Source: Raillietiella orientalis
Lineage: Eukaryota
Assembly (NCBI GenBank): GCA_036172245.1
Contig: JAYWIR010000043.1
Location: forward strand, 186,001-250,000
Length of the DNA: 64,000 nt
Reading direction: 5' to 3'
The notes under the pieces were generated by a model. That model was given only the letters and a program-made list of their open reading frames with translations, did not search any database and was not told the origin of the DNA. Shown piece by piece: positions 23,601 to 37,000 of the stretch (positions are counted from its first letter, which is position 1; every line of letters starts with the position of its first letter). Made by a program: the position numbers and the translations under genes.

Positions 23601-26600
23601 TTGCAATAATTTCCATTTTTGAATTGTTCATTTAATGTGTAGGCAATTAAAAGAAAAAAGAAAAATCAGGAAGAATGAGATTTCAGGCAGATTGAGACAG
23701 ATTGTAGCACTTGCTCACAGTTAATGAAATTATTCTCATGATGAATCGACGTATTGAACTTTTTCGAAAGGAAGAAAAGGAAATTTGAGTAAAAAATGAT
23801 GAAAAAAATCATGAACAAAAGTAGAATAATGCTTGATACAAAATTCGGTTTTCAAAAATTCATCCTCTCACTTTCTTCGTTATGTCTGCTTAATGTGGTT
23901 TTCTTGGATTTAACTTTTGTTCCGCTAAGCAAAAGATTGTATACCGCTAACCATGCATTTACATCTTCATGCTCTCTTCTCCATTGCTTCTTCTAAGGTA
24001 TATTCTACTTCTCTTCCTATTTTGAACCTTAAGTTCTTTGAACCAATGTTTCCCTTCTCATTGCAAATAATGAACGAATGCACCGATGTACTTCCTTAAT
24101 AATGTACATGACGAAAGTATTTTGTTTCATTTTTCGTGGAAGGTATTTCCACATGAACATGGTTTTCTTAAAAGTAACTTTTCCTGTTTAGGATGCTTCA
24201 ATAAGCATCTACTTGCTTGTAATGAGAACAAATTATAGGGATCCTGGTCACAAATTTTCCATAATCTATGCCAATCACATGTCTTTTTCAAAACTGTACT
24301 TGCAATGTTCCATGGAGGATGAACATTGTAAAAGGCGTAATTATTTTTATGAATACGGAATTGTAAGTATATGTTGAAATCAAAACGTGACAGTGATTTG
24401 GTTGCTAAATATCTTTTGCTATCTTCACGGAGAAGATTCGTTGTTTTTCTGTTTCTCAGCTCTCTTTACGGAATTGCTTCGAATTCTCTCCTTTTCACAC
24501 ACGCACAAAAGAAGAATAAATGCCTGCTAACCGAAATTCACAACTTAGTGACCAAGTTCAGATTCGGATCTAGAGATCGTCCTTGCTTTTCTCTGTTCCA
24601 ATTCTTTGGACGTAGCTTGGGATGAAAGATGCCAGACGAACAAAAAAGCAAGCTGGAAACCTACATAATGGAATACTAAGATGGAAGGATATGGATTCCT
24701 CACTAAGTTTCCAATGCAAACACGACATCAAGTAAACATTTCATTTCAAACACTACAGATCACTCGAAAACAAATATTGGATATTCTTCTGGATGACATT
24801 AGCAAGAGAGGAAATACCCATGTTAAAAAAATAAGGTGGTGTATTTTCGAAAAGAGCAAGATAAGTAAACGGAACTTCCTGCAGAAAAGCGCGCCTTCAA
24901 TCGAGTGCAGAGCAAGAATTTGCCGAACCATTCCTTCATCCAAAGATGACGTTGATGGAGATGCTTGCTGAATTGTTTTATTAGGAAGAATGCTTCCAGT
25001 TTGTTGATGATGACGATGGCTTAATATTGGTTGGCTGTTATGTAAACAGTTATTTCGGCATAGCATTTTGCTCAGTATCCTTTCGTTAAATAAAAACGGT
25101 GCAGAAAGGAAAGCTGCGAGAAAGTGAGATATTTTCCTGAATCACTTGAATTCCTAAAAGCAAAAAGCGAACAACTTTCTGGAACGCTCTAAAATAAATT
25201 GTGCAAGAAATGAATGGGAGCTGAGCTATGAATTCCATAATAGAGGCGGGAGAATTCCATGAAATTCTGGTATGAAGCCAATTAGATAGGGCAAATATTT
25301 ATGGAACTCAGGATGTAACAGTTGGAACACCCGATATCTTCAATGTCTCGAAAGATGTGCAAAAACTGAATCAACAGAGGCTTGTTGAACAAGTCAAAAG
25401 ATTGTAAGCATACCACTTGAAGCAGTGCGCTCAACTGGGTTCCAGAATAGATAATGTCAATTGCTCTCTAGACCATTGTAAATAGGTTGTGTTGTTCGGT
25501 GGTAGAACCATTCCGTGGTGGCAAACATGATCCTAAGAAACCGTATTCGAAAGCCATAAGCAGAAGTAATGTTGTCTCGAGAATGGTGATAACGATGACA
25601 TTGCACAAGACCTACTACAGCTGAGGGATTGTTCCCTTGTTTACCATCTGGAGTTCCTGAGGGGAAACTGCGGTCTTTCAGGTACACAAATGGATCGTTT
25701 TCGATTTCTGTTGCTTCCTACTACTATTGTTGCGAATGGAGATATGTAATAATAGCAAAGGAGTTCACTTCTGATCTATTCATGAGCAACCAGTTTTCAC
25801 TTAAATCAACACATTAGCTTGTTTCAGTTACGCTCCCGTATGCCTTCTACACAATCCTATGACAACATTTCATCAGTTTTTGCACTTTTTCTGTGATTTT
25901 CGCGCAGCTGGAGTCTGGACTCCAACAGACATGAATCCCAGATAGAGAGAAGCATAGAGAAATATGAAGTGGTGCTCAGATAAAGAATGGGTTCATTTGC
26001 TATTCGTCAGATGACCGTAACCAGTCGTCAAAATCCTCATGACTCGGTTCTTCGGTTTTACTACGGCGTAGAACTGAATTCAAGGCTTAGTGGCAGCAAA
26101 GAGTTCTTTTTTTAAAAAAAATGTTCCCCTCTTGGAAAAGAGAAGCTGTGAAATAGAAGAATTAAGCCAATATCGGAATTCAGGAATCACTTTCAGGAGA
26201 GGTCATTGGCAGGATTTTCGATTCGTTATTTGGTTTCTTTTTCAAACTGCAGATAAGGTGAACTCTATCTGCGGTCACTCCAAAGATTTGAAGCGACTGA
26301 AAAGGTCGAAATTTCAACTGCCCTCGTTTATGTTTAGCTAAAACGGCTGCAACGGGGAATCCCAAATTCTGAGCTGGATAACGCAGGTACCGGAGTCTGT
26401 GAAAACGTGAGCACTCCTCTCCTCGTTTCCCGAGCTTCTGCAGTCGCCATCAAGAGTTGTGCAAGGAAACCAAGGTATCAGTAGTTGTTGAGTTACAAAG
26501 CAAATCTTAAAGAGGCTGGAAGCGATGCGAAAAAACATAATGGTTTGTACTCTTATAAAATGGAGAGAGAACTTTGAATCAACGCACTTCAAATAACCGT

Positions 26601-29600
26601 GATTCACAGATTTGTTCCACGCTAACTTATGAAATATCCTAACTTATTTTATTTTATAGTCATCTCTGGTTTTACTCTAACCGGAAATCGTGCATTTAGC
26701 ATTGGAATATCAAAATTCGTCGATACGGTAGTTCACCTTCATCCGACATACTGTCACTTCTCAATTCACAATTAATTATTCGTTATCCTGTTTTCACTGT
26801 AGAATGCTTCGAGTCCAATCTAATGCACCCCATGGTGTTAAATGCTCTCTATTATCAAGGTGTTGATTTGCCGATCTCGTTTTATCCAATGTGCTTTCCT
26901 CAAGTTCCTCTTCTTCGGTTTGTATTTAATTAGAACTATCAAACAGCTGGGAAAGTCGACTGCATCGAAGACATTCCAAAAATGCTAACTGAGGTATTCC
27001 AACTGCTTGAGTTGGCAAATCATCTCAAGCTAGCAATTTTCAACCCCAATGTGCCTCTGATCCTTCGATATGGAATTTTCAATCCGATGAATTACGAGGC
27101 AGTGATCGTAGAACGAATCGATGTCATTAACGATGCTGTGCCCCCATAATCAGTTCGCAGCCCTTACCATTGTGATGGCATTGTGAAGGCGTTTGCCAGG
27201 ACCGCAACAGATGACTTCCCATGTACCGGTGGATGGAGATTTGTGCAACTTTGTAGTTGGCACAGAGTGAGTTGAAATAACTGGAGTGTCAGGAGAATTC
27301 TCCCTGGAGAGGCGGTGGAAGATTCCACGAAAAGTCAGAAATGCTCGTATCTGTTCTACAAAATTGCGTAGGAGCACAATCCTTGCCATCAGAGGAAGTG
27401 TACATTGCTCGCTTGAACGAATGCATTTTTCTGGAGCAGACAAATTGTTGTTATGGTAAATTACTGTTTTGCCTCCGAGTGCTTTTCTCATGACCGTGAC
27501 ATTCGGAAGCTGTTTCCTATAGTTCCATTTTCGAGTGCATCTGTCGACACCTGTGGATATCATGTCTCTTTCAAATTCCCTGCTGAAATTGATAGAAAAG
27601 TATGTTCTCAACAGGTGTCTCTTTTCAATGATATCTATTCTTCAACGTCTGTGGCTCCCTTTTCTGTTTCTGATAGTCTGCCGCTGAGTCGCGGCGAGAG
27701 TTTGCATCTCATGAGACTTTTGGGTTGAACAACGTACCATTTATTGCACCTTCCACGCTATATATTAGCAAAGTACCTTGATGTGTTAGATTGCAGGTGG
27801 CGGACGGGGTGCTTGTTTTAAGAATATGGTACTTCCAATTTCCTGGTATATATCAAGCAACATGTGCCACCTACGAGAAGTACATATTAGACAAAAGGGA
27901 TTTTGTCTTGAGAAATCCTTGCGTCCAAGGGTGCTACGTTCAGGTGGCGCTTTCTTGTATGAATCAACGGGACCGACTCGTCATCGGCATAGTCAGCTCC
28001 TTGCACAGCATCCCAAAACGCTACATTTGAGGCTAATAAAAATTCTTCCTTGATAAATGCGATCAGCTTTTGGAGGACAGTTTTGTATACCGGATGAAAT
28101 GTCCTTTTAATTTTTATAATCGTATTCTTTGAATTCGTATTGGGTATTCGGTTTAGGTATTCTCTGCTAAGTGGTTTGTGCGTCTGTGTAATTTAAACTT
28201 TTCTTTGACGAAGGATGTGCGTTCTGGTTGCGCAGCGAAAAAAAATGCTTCGCTTTTTTTTTTTTTCATGAATAAATCTTCCATGTTCGAACCAGCTGCT
28301 CTAAGTTCTTTTCGATTTGTTAGAGTAAAGAGTTGACGGGCTTGCAACTGCCCTCGGACATGTGAGGTCCTCGTTGGCAGAACTGTTTCATCGCTCATTG
28401 GGTGAGCGCACAAGTAGTTCAGCACGCTGCTAGCCCAACTTGCAAAGTTGTACGCACATTGAGCCACTCGTGCATCAAGTTGCATTTCCTCTTCGCGTGG
28501 TGGTTGCTGATGAAGAACCAGTAGCGCGTACTAACGGAGCAACCGTGCCCTTCATTTCTTTAAATCTCTGGCTATCTTCATCGGTGATCTAGTCATCTCC
28601 ATCGATCTCGATATCAATGCAACAAAAGAAAAAGATTTAAAATCCCCAACCATGATGATGGATGCTGGATACTGGAGCCGGCTCGAGGCGCTAATGCATA
28701 GTAAGACTAAGGAAGGCATACCTGCTTTCAAAGTTTCATGGAATGGACATCAATAAAACAACAATAAATCAAGAAAACATCAATAGAAAAGAGCACCGCT
28801 GGCTTATTTGGTGAGAAAAGGCTTTTGGTTCGAAGATCTCTGAATTTATTAGGCTTCGCACCCTTTCGCTCTCTCATAGGATCATTGTGGATCGTACCAA
28901 AGACATGGTTCCTTATATAATTTCTTCTCATTAGGTTTTTCTTGAGTTGGTACGCTCATTATGACTTCAAATCCAATGTGATGGGAAATTTACAGCTGGA
29001 GGGTCGACTCTAAAGGAAGCTGCATGTACACTTTCCAGGTTTGAGTGGTGCTTTTCCTGTGTTTCCACCTCTTCTCCTGGAAGCACTAAGATTACTATAT
29101 TCGATATAATACGCATAACTGAGTAAATTATGATGATGCAATGACTCTGGAGATAGGAATCGCATACCATCTATTCCTTTGTTTTTTGACAGAAGACTCC
29201 ATCGTAAATATTAGATGTAAACATAGATTTATAGCACCTTCGACGAAATATTTCCACAGGAAACGCGGAAGGAAATCAAAGATTGCTTAGTTTCTTTCGC
29301 GAGTATTAGATATAAATAAATCAGAGTTTTCCATTCACACAAAGCCTGGAAGAATGGCAGACCATCAATCCCTCCGAACACGGAAATAGATAGTGTGATG
29401 TAGCTGGATTCAAAGGGGAATGGAATGTGACAAGAGAAAAGAAGCTCAATGATCTATCTTGCTATGGAACTTCATGGTTCTTTAGGGTCGGTTTAGTGGA
29501 ATTGATTGTGAAGGGAATTTGTAAAAACTTTGGAAACGATTTGGCCAGAAAAATTGCTGATCCACACGAGATAAATGTCAGTATCCACCAATTTCGGTGC

Positions 29601-32600
29601 CAGATGTTCTCTGCATCAAGTCGCACGCATATGCTGCCAGGATTATGCATCCCAGATTTGCAAGCTATATCATTCTTGTAGAAGATATCGATTTTCCTTT
29701 AGAGTCTGGATTTTTCGCCTCCTCAGTCATTGGAACTCCACACCAAGAGTTTCCATATATGCTAGGTATCTGCATATCTGGAAAATGAGCAAAGAAGCAA
29801 GCCAAACTCATCAAGGAAGGCAATGGAGGCAGAGAATAATTAAAGAATCAGATGAATGCGGAAGATGGGAATTAGGGATGAGTTAGAGAAGGTGGAGAGC
29901 CACCTCATCTCCTTACACTTTGGGGACTTCTCCGTATGCAGAGAAGTTGCTGGTGGATTTGTCATAAAGTCATCGCAACCAGTTCTCCATCAGTGAGTGG
30001 GCTGAGGACTTACTCGATCATCAGTTTTAACGATTAAGAACACGCTCTTCGACGGAGTCTCACAGGCATTCAAGGTCCTCGGGTTACAACAAAAGACAAA
30101 AGAGAAAGAAAAATAATGTCTGCTCGTCCTTTCAGCAGTTGCTCTGAAACCATTCTCTTTTGTTCCCTTCTCCAACTCACGATCGTAGGGACGTCCGTCG
30201 GTGGAATTGAAGCATTCCTTTCCGGCAAAGAGTTATCCAGAGGTTTCTGTAATTATCGTCTTCAACACAAAGAGGAAGTTACCCCACTCGTGAGACAACT
30301 ACCTGCCCCTAACCATCTACCAGACATCCCTATTTTCCGTCAGTCCCTCGTCATTTTCCCAATTTTCCTCTTTTCTCCCCTTTGCTGTGGATTCAAGTTC
30401 TTCTGCTGTCAGTTGCTCCATTGGATCGTTAATGAGCAGATAACTAACTTTTAGAAGCTCGAAGGTCCGTCGCCATCGCAACGGATAACTCAGCAGCCTT
30501 GAATTCATTTATCAACTCATTTGAAGATCCAGTTGCATCAACTTATTTGAGGATGCGAGACTCAGTGTCAGATCGTTGCACTGAGAAGCAGCCAGCGGCG
30601 TCTTGTGGCAATACACTGTCTGGTGGTGTTAATCCGCCAGTTTCAACGAAGGAAGTGATAGGCAAGAGCTGCTCAACTCCTGAATATGATTTGACACTCG
30701 GATGGAAACCGTGAATTCGCTCTTGTGCGTTGAGGTTGCAGCTGCAACCAATGTGAGGAGTATATAGGAAAGCACGAAAGATCTGCGGACATAAATGTTC
30801 ATGTAAAGACTCTCTTCGTCTGTCTGCATCTCGTGGAAATCGTGACCCTCGAATACTAAGTGCAGGCTCCAAAGGAATATGCAACACGGAAATGTAGCTT
30901 GGCTCCAAATATTTGCAACACTAAAAAATGTGACATCTTCTGGCGATCTTAAAATGGCACTTCGGTTCTCTGAAGAATCGGAGCAATCTCTACTCCGGTT
31001 AATCTAATGAATCCTGCACGAACCTCATACTATACAAAAATTGAAATCCTTTGTAGAATTCTTAACCTGAATCCTTGCTTAAAGCACAGAAAGTCTTAAG
31101 TCCAAGGGGTACCGACGAAAGTTTTTTCCATCAACGTAAACCCCAGGAGCCCCCGTATTTTCTCTGTGACTTGCATCGACGATGAAAGCAATTACCCTCT
31201 ATATGTTTCACGCATCTCACGCACTTGTGTACTCACCAGAAGCGGTTTCGAAATTAGCTGCAGCGATAAAAAGGCACTTCGTGTTCCTTATCTTCTTAAT
31301 GATCAAATGAGTAATACCCAATTAGGGAATGTGGCATCAGACCCGTGAAAGTCTTTCATAGATTGCTAAAGAGATAGGTTATAAGCTTACGTGTCTTTTT
31401 GCTTCCCACGGAGGAGGAAGAAAGTATTTTTTCTGCTTAGAATTTCAACCAAATTCGGACAGAATTTTTTCTGTTTCTAACGTTGGATTTCTTTTCAATA
31501 AAGGATTTTCTCCTGAGATTCTTTCAGCCCAAATGATTCGAGGGGTGATGATTATTCCCCTAACTTGCTTTTGAGAAAAGGTGAAAATGAGATTGGAAAG
31601 CTTAAACCGGCAATATGCACGCCTCTGCAAACATCCTCGGCTATGATATTGCCCGTGGGCATCCCCTCTGTATGTTTCCGAAAGATCACCCGAATCTTCG
31701 ATACTTGGACTGAGGTCGCTCAGGATGGCGGCTTTGGCTATATTCTGCTTTAATGTCCAAATGCTTCTCAGGGGAAGGCATTGAGGTATTTCTCATGTGG
31801 AAGGAATCCGTCTTCCATTCTCCGTGATGAGTCATAACGTGATCGCTGTAGTGAAGCGATTCTAATCATGTATTAATAAGAATAATCTTGTTATATCATG
31901 TTTCCATTCTTATCAACGGAAGAATCTGGAAACGCAATCGATAATGGGCTCACTTTAGCTCAAAAGTTCTTGTTCAGTCTTGCGATGAGACTTCTGACCC
32001 GCTGGTTGTGATGAAACTGAGAAGCGTTTTGGAGATGTGTTTGCTTTCTTCCAATCACATGACTTGAAGAAGTAAAGGAGACATCTCTTTTCACCGAAGC
32101 TCGATGCTTTGGAAGAGATGAGGCCTGAGATGACGAAGTGATGATGAATTGAGGACGCTTGATGCCGCCTAAAAGAAATATTTGGAAGCAGCTCGTACCT
32201 TCTAACAGCTGTGTCAAGAATCTTCTAGGTGACTTTGCATCTCGAAAGGCGAAATGTGCCCTTGAAGAAGCAGAGGAATGGACGTTGAGATGCGTACCCA
32301 TTTTGCAGTTTGCAATAATTCAGGATACTGTAGGATGCAAAATATGGGAATATGATCAAGTAGGAAATGTTCAAAAGACTTCTTGAAAGAAAGAAAACGT
32401 GCTTACTCATCCTTCATCCTGAATAAATCTGAGCAACTGATCCGTCTTCTATCTCTGCATGCTTTTTGTTGCAGGAACCTGTGCTTGCTAAAATGTTTGC
32501 CGACATACTGTGGGCAAATGAGTAACAACATGGTCATTAGTCATTTTTGTCCATGGAGAATGCATTCGATGGATTCTTGCAACCCAGATATCGTGATGGG

Positions 32601-33439
32601 AATCCTCGTGGAATTCTGTGCTCAGGCGCCATCGTGTTAAACTACAGATTAACAAAGAAAAGTGGATTACAGAAAAGTGGAGTTGCAAAATTTCTGAGAT
32701 GGCCTCTAATTTTCCACAGCATGAGCAAAGTGCATTTCGGGCTCTAATCTATTTATTATTTCAGAAATCTTTTTAATCGTTTCTTTTTTTTGATCATTCT
32801 TCCATGCTAGATTAAGAGTCAATCCACATCTATATTCTAATTGGCTGGGGCTACTAGGGAGTGATTTCCTACGCATTCCATGCAGCCACGGAGGTCACTG
32901 AACAAAAGTGACCTCCTTCTGCAAAAGCTTAGAATTCTCCTTACTATTGAAAATGGAATCCTTTGCTATCAAAGAAATTTTTTCTTAATAAACATTTGAA
33001 TTGCTTTTTCCCGAAAGTCGCAAGAACTTCCTTCGTAAAGTTAATAACAGTTCCCGTTTTAATGAAGGCGCGTTTCCGAATTTGGATACGTGCTTTGAGA
33101 GCATTAAAGAGTGAATATTCAAGGAGTTGAATTCAGCTATTAGTGCATACTCGTAACTGATTTGCATCAAGAAGGAACCAACGGTTTTAAGAAGGGTTCG
33201 CTAAGTGGGATGAGCTCCTCTAAACTCGTAAAATTCAAAGAATTTCACAGGATTAAAGGAGACAGAAAGTGTACAGAAGGAAGACTTTAGTTATTCCACC
33301 TGTAAAAAACCACTCGAGAGATTCCATGAAGGTTATGTTGCATGAAAGGGGATTGATATGCTAAATGTCCTTCCCATGCTAATGATAATAGGATCCGTAC
33401 TTTAATGCAAAACAGTACATGGAAGCTGTTAACAGGGAC

Positions 33440-34060
33440 GGTAAGGACACTGGGGATGTGAAATCAAATCATGGAAAAACAGAGGTATGGTCCCTACGAG
33501 TTTCAGTAGCACATCTCATGGAAGAAAAGCGAATGGACCGCATGCTGAAAGTGTTTCATTTCTCAGACAGCAAAGGATTGAGCTCTTCTGGAAATGAGTC
33601 ATTGAAGACGACCTCGCAACAACGATTAAAGAAAAATACATTGGTCCACACGGAGAGATGGGTGTTGTGTGGCTTTTAGTAGGATTTGGAACACTCCTTT
33701 CCCAGAAATCCAGCTTTACTGGAACTATAAACGAGGAACAACGTTGACTTGAAGACACTAAGCCAAGCTGCGTTTCAGGAGCATCTGGTCCACATCAGTA
33801 AAAATGGAGCTGTTTTGAATCACACAGCATCATACTCATGTGATGGCCAGTATCGAGAGGAATATCAAAAGAGTTGAAACTGTGCATGCTTGTTAGTCTT
33901 GTTCTCCAAACGCTGCTGCATTGGATAATCATCTCTTTGGATCCCTTCAAAACTCACTCGGGGTTTTCAAGAATGTTCGAGTACGTGAGGAGTCTAAACA
34001 TCCTGAAGGTCATTTTTGGACTCTAAACTTCAAGATGGGAAAAGCGCCCAGCAGAGGGGA
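33440..34060 (+). mobile_element. Decayed mariner transposase relic
   Basis: Colinear degraded motifs: VAHLMEEKRMDR (WVPHEL...DR), WVLCGF**D (VMLCVWWD), LSQAAFQEH...KNGAVLNH and SPNAAALDNHLFGSLQNSLG at 33903-33963 (YSPDLAPSDYHLFRSLQNSL). Confidence 0.7.
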
Positions 34061-37000
34061 CAGTAGCACAGGTGAAGGAGCGCACTCTGCTATTGAACCA
34101 GAAAACATTTCATCTTAACATTTCGTTCTGCTCTTTCCCCCGTAAAACGTTTACATGCGTTTCGTGAGCTCCTCTCGAAATCACAGAGATTCAGTTGCAT
34201 GAAAATCCATCCGAATTCGCATACGTCCGCGCTGTGCACGGAGCTTCGTTCCCGGAAAGACTCTAGGGTGTTTATGAAAAAAATAATTCTTCGACGCTCA
34301 TCGGGAAAAGGAATTTTCTCTATGTTGCTTGCAAAACCTCAGATCTATAGGAAGCAAATATTCTCGAGGCTTTTTGTTGTTGGCGCCATTTCCTTCAGAC
34401 TTTCTTCACGAAGAGCATTACGTAACTCAAGATGGCTACCTTGAATCCTACCTTGGATCCTCTTAAGATGAATGTCTACAAGTGCGAGTGCACAATGATG
34501 TTGCATCAACGACTCAAAGATCTCTTCCTCGCCCGGAGGCAATGCTCTTGACCAAAATGTACTAAACCAGCACACAGAACTCTTCCTACTGCATCACCTC
34601 ATAATGAGCAATGTTTTATGTTCTCAGAAAGAGATCCACTAGAGTTGAGAGAAATGCTACATCGATGAAGCGTGTATTCCAAGAGGTTTTGAAATGTGGA
34701 ACACTGAAGATTGAATGGGAGCGCATCCCTAAAGTTCTGCACAACCTCAATCCTCATCCTCCAAAACCTGATGCGGAGACAGATCAGCAAGTTTAGCTAC
34801 TATATCAGTATTTTGCCATTAGAAACGATAGTAGCAGACGAGCCTATTCGCAAAACTCTAAACCCGTTTACAATCACAATCATTCTAATGTGAAGTCAAG
34901 TGAAGGGGCCGAATGGGAATGGGAAAGTAAGGGAGCCTCAGGGCAGGATGGAAGGAATTCTTTACTTTCTCGATCCTTATATATTCAGCTGTTTCTCCCT
35001 TTACCCACAATTCCTCCCTGCGGACTTCCGAGTCTGACGTTGTTCCCGTAGATAGACATCAAGCTTCATCCGATAACAGTTTTTCTGGTTTATCACTGCA
35101 ACTGTACCTTAAAAATAGATCAGAAGCCATCAGGAACACTTCGGAAATGCCACTGGAGATGGACTCTAGCCTGAATATCTGAGCAGCTTCAACTTCATTC
35201 CGGGACCAGTAGCTCCTGGTTTTCTGCGTGTACGTAAGCCTCCGCTCGTTCAGCCGTGTACCCGATGCAGTGGTTTTCCATTAAGCCCAGAGAAGGAAAA
35301 GTCTTGAGTAGTGAAGATTTCACTCTTGGAAACAAACGCTTTCTGATCTGGAAAATGGCACACGATAACTGCTTTTCTGTCCTTTAGCATCTCGAACGTT
35401 TCCTCTAACATTCAGCAAAGGAAAGATCGACTCATAACCATCTATTCGGAGTGATTTGTCGTAGATGCGAGAGCAAAGTATCGATCTTCCTCAAAGTTGC
35501 TGTCAAAAGAGGGATTCGAAGAGTCAGAGAATGAGGTGATCAATTGGTTGCCAGGACAGTCGAAATGAGTGGAAAGGTGTTCGAGCTTGTACTGTTCGGT
35601 TTGATCCCTTCCTCCTTTAAAGATGCCGAAGGGACTGTTCCATGCATTATTCTGAAGTTTCTGTACGATTTGAGTTTTGAAAGAAAATCTCAGACAGCTT
35701 CATATTTGCATGGCTATGGAAGACAAAGTCTTCAAGAAAACTCTGCATACTGCTGCAATGTCATCAAAGAAAGGCTTGCTAAATAATCATAGCTCTCAGG
35801 AGCTATTCAATTTCTGACGCTTCATCTAAAAAGCAAGCTTTAAGAAGGATTGCCAGCAACGTTTCGTCACCCCTATTCCGCCGATCCTTGGGATACTTGA
35901 TCCTCCTTCAACCAATGTCACATAGCTAGAGGAAGATACGAATACAAAAGGATGACTGCAGAGTCGGTTGGCTTCCTCTGACGAACATGAACTCAGGAGT
36001 TAGCAGGACCTGAGAGAGGGACAGCCAAGTGAAAACTAGGCTTAGCCGCGAAATTAGGATGCCAGTGAAGCATCTGCGACTTTCGAAAATATGAAACTGC
36101 GAGTCGAAAAATGTCGAAACCCTCACTGACTGAGTAGCTTTCTGTATCAGCTCTTCCTTTGTTTCTTTGTAGATTCATGTTGCTTCCTGATCTCACATCC
36201 GCGGCGGAAGAAGCCACGGCAAATCCTGATCTAGTGCACGTGCCATATGAACCGCAGGATGCTCGGAGACCTTTGAGGTAAGATAAAGAGTCTGTTGCAT
36301 GGACTTCCTATTTCACTTTAGTATGGGAAACATCTCCCTACGAAGGAGCCTTCTGAATAGGTGGTACTTCTGACAAGGAACTCGGTAGACATGGCTGATT
36401 TTAGTCGCTTAAAAGTAAAGGGTTATCTTCATGTGACTTGTCTGAGACTGATGGTTTATCCGTTCACTTTCTATTAAACCGAGATTGGAACAGCTGAAGA
36501 AAAACAGCCCTCTGCTGCAAAAGATGCAGCTATCCTGTATAGCGTATACCCTGGAGACTCATAGGCACCCTCGTCCATTTACTTAAGGCTTCAACATGGC
36601 TAGGTGGAAAAAAGATTCTTGAAAAAAGTGCTGATTAGATGAAAGGTGATCTGATCTTTTTCACTGGGAGTCTTTTCTGAGAAAGGAGTGACTGACAGTC
36701 AGAGGAGAAGTATTGTATAGGAAATTCGTCCAGCTCCAAGGATTCTTGATTCAGAAATGAAGCTGCGAATGATGCCCAGATTGGATTACAATAGAGCAAC
36801 CCTGTTCCGACTATAACCCAACCTGTCCACCCAACGGGTCATGAACGATTGTAAAAGCAGAAATGCTTCACATTTATTTCCGGCAGCGAGCTTCCGTTAC
36901 TCAGTAAGACCATTTGCCCTCCTTCCTAGAGACTCACGTGCTAAAGCTGCAATGAACGGGTCATGAATGCAAGGAATGCAAGGAAGAATTCTCCCAAAGG

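Noticed and set aside
26659..27611. Convergent gene pair ending at 27149/27150
   Set aside because: Exon phases are inconsistent and there is no recognisable homology; unsupported without transcripts.
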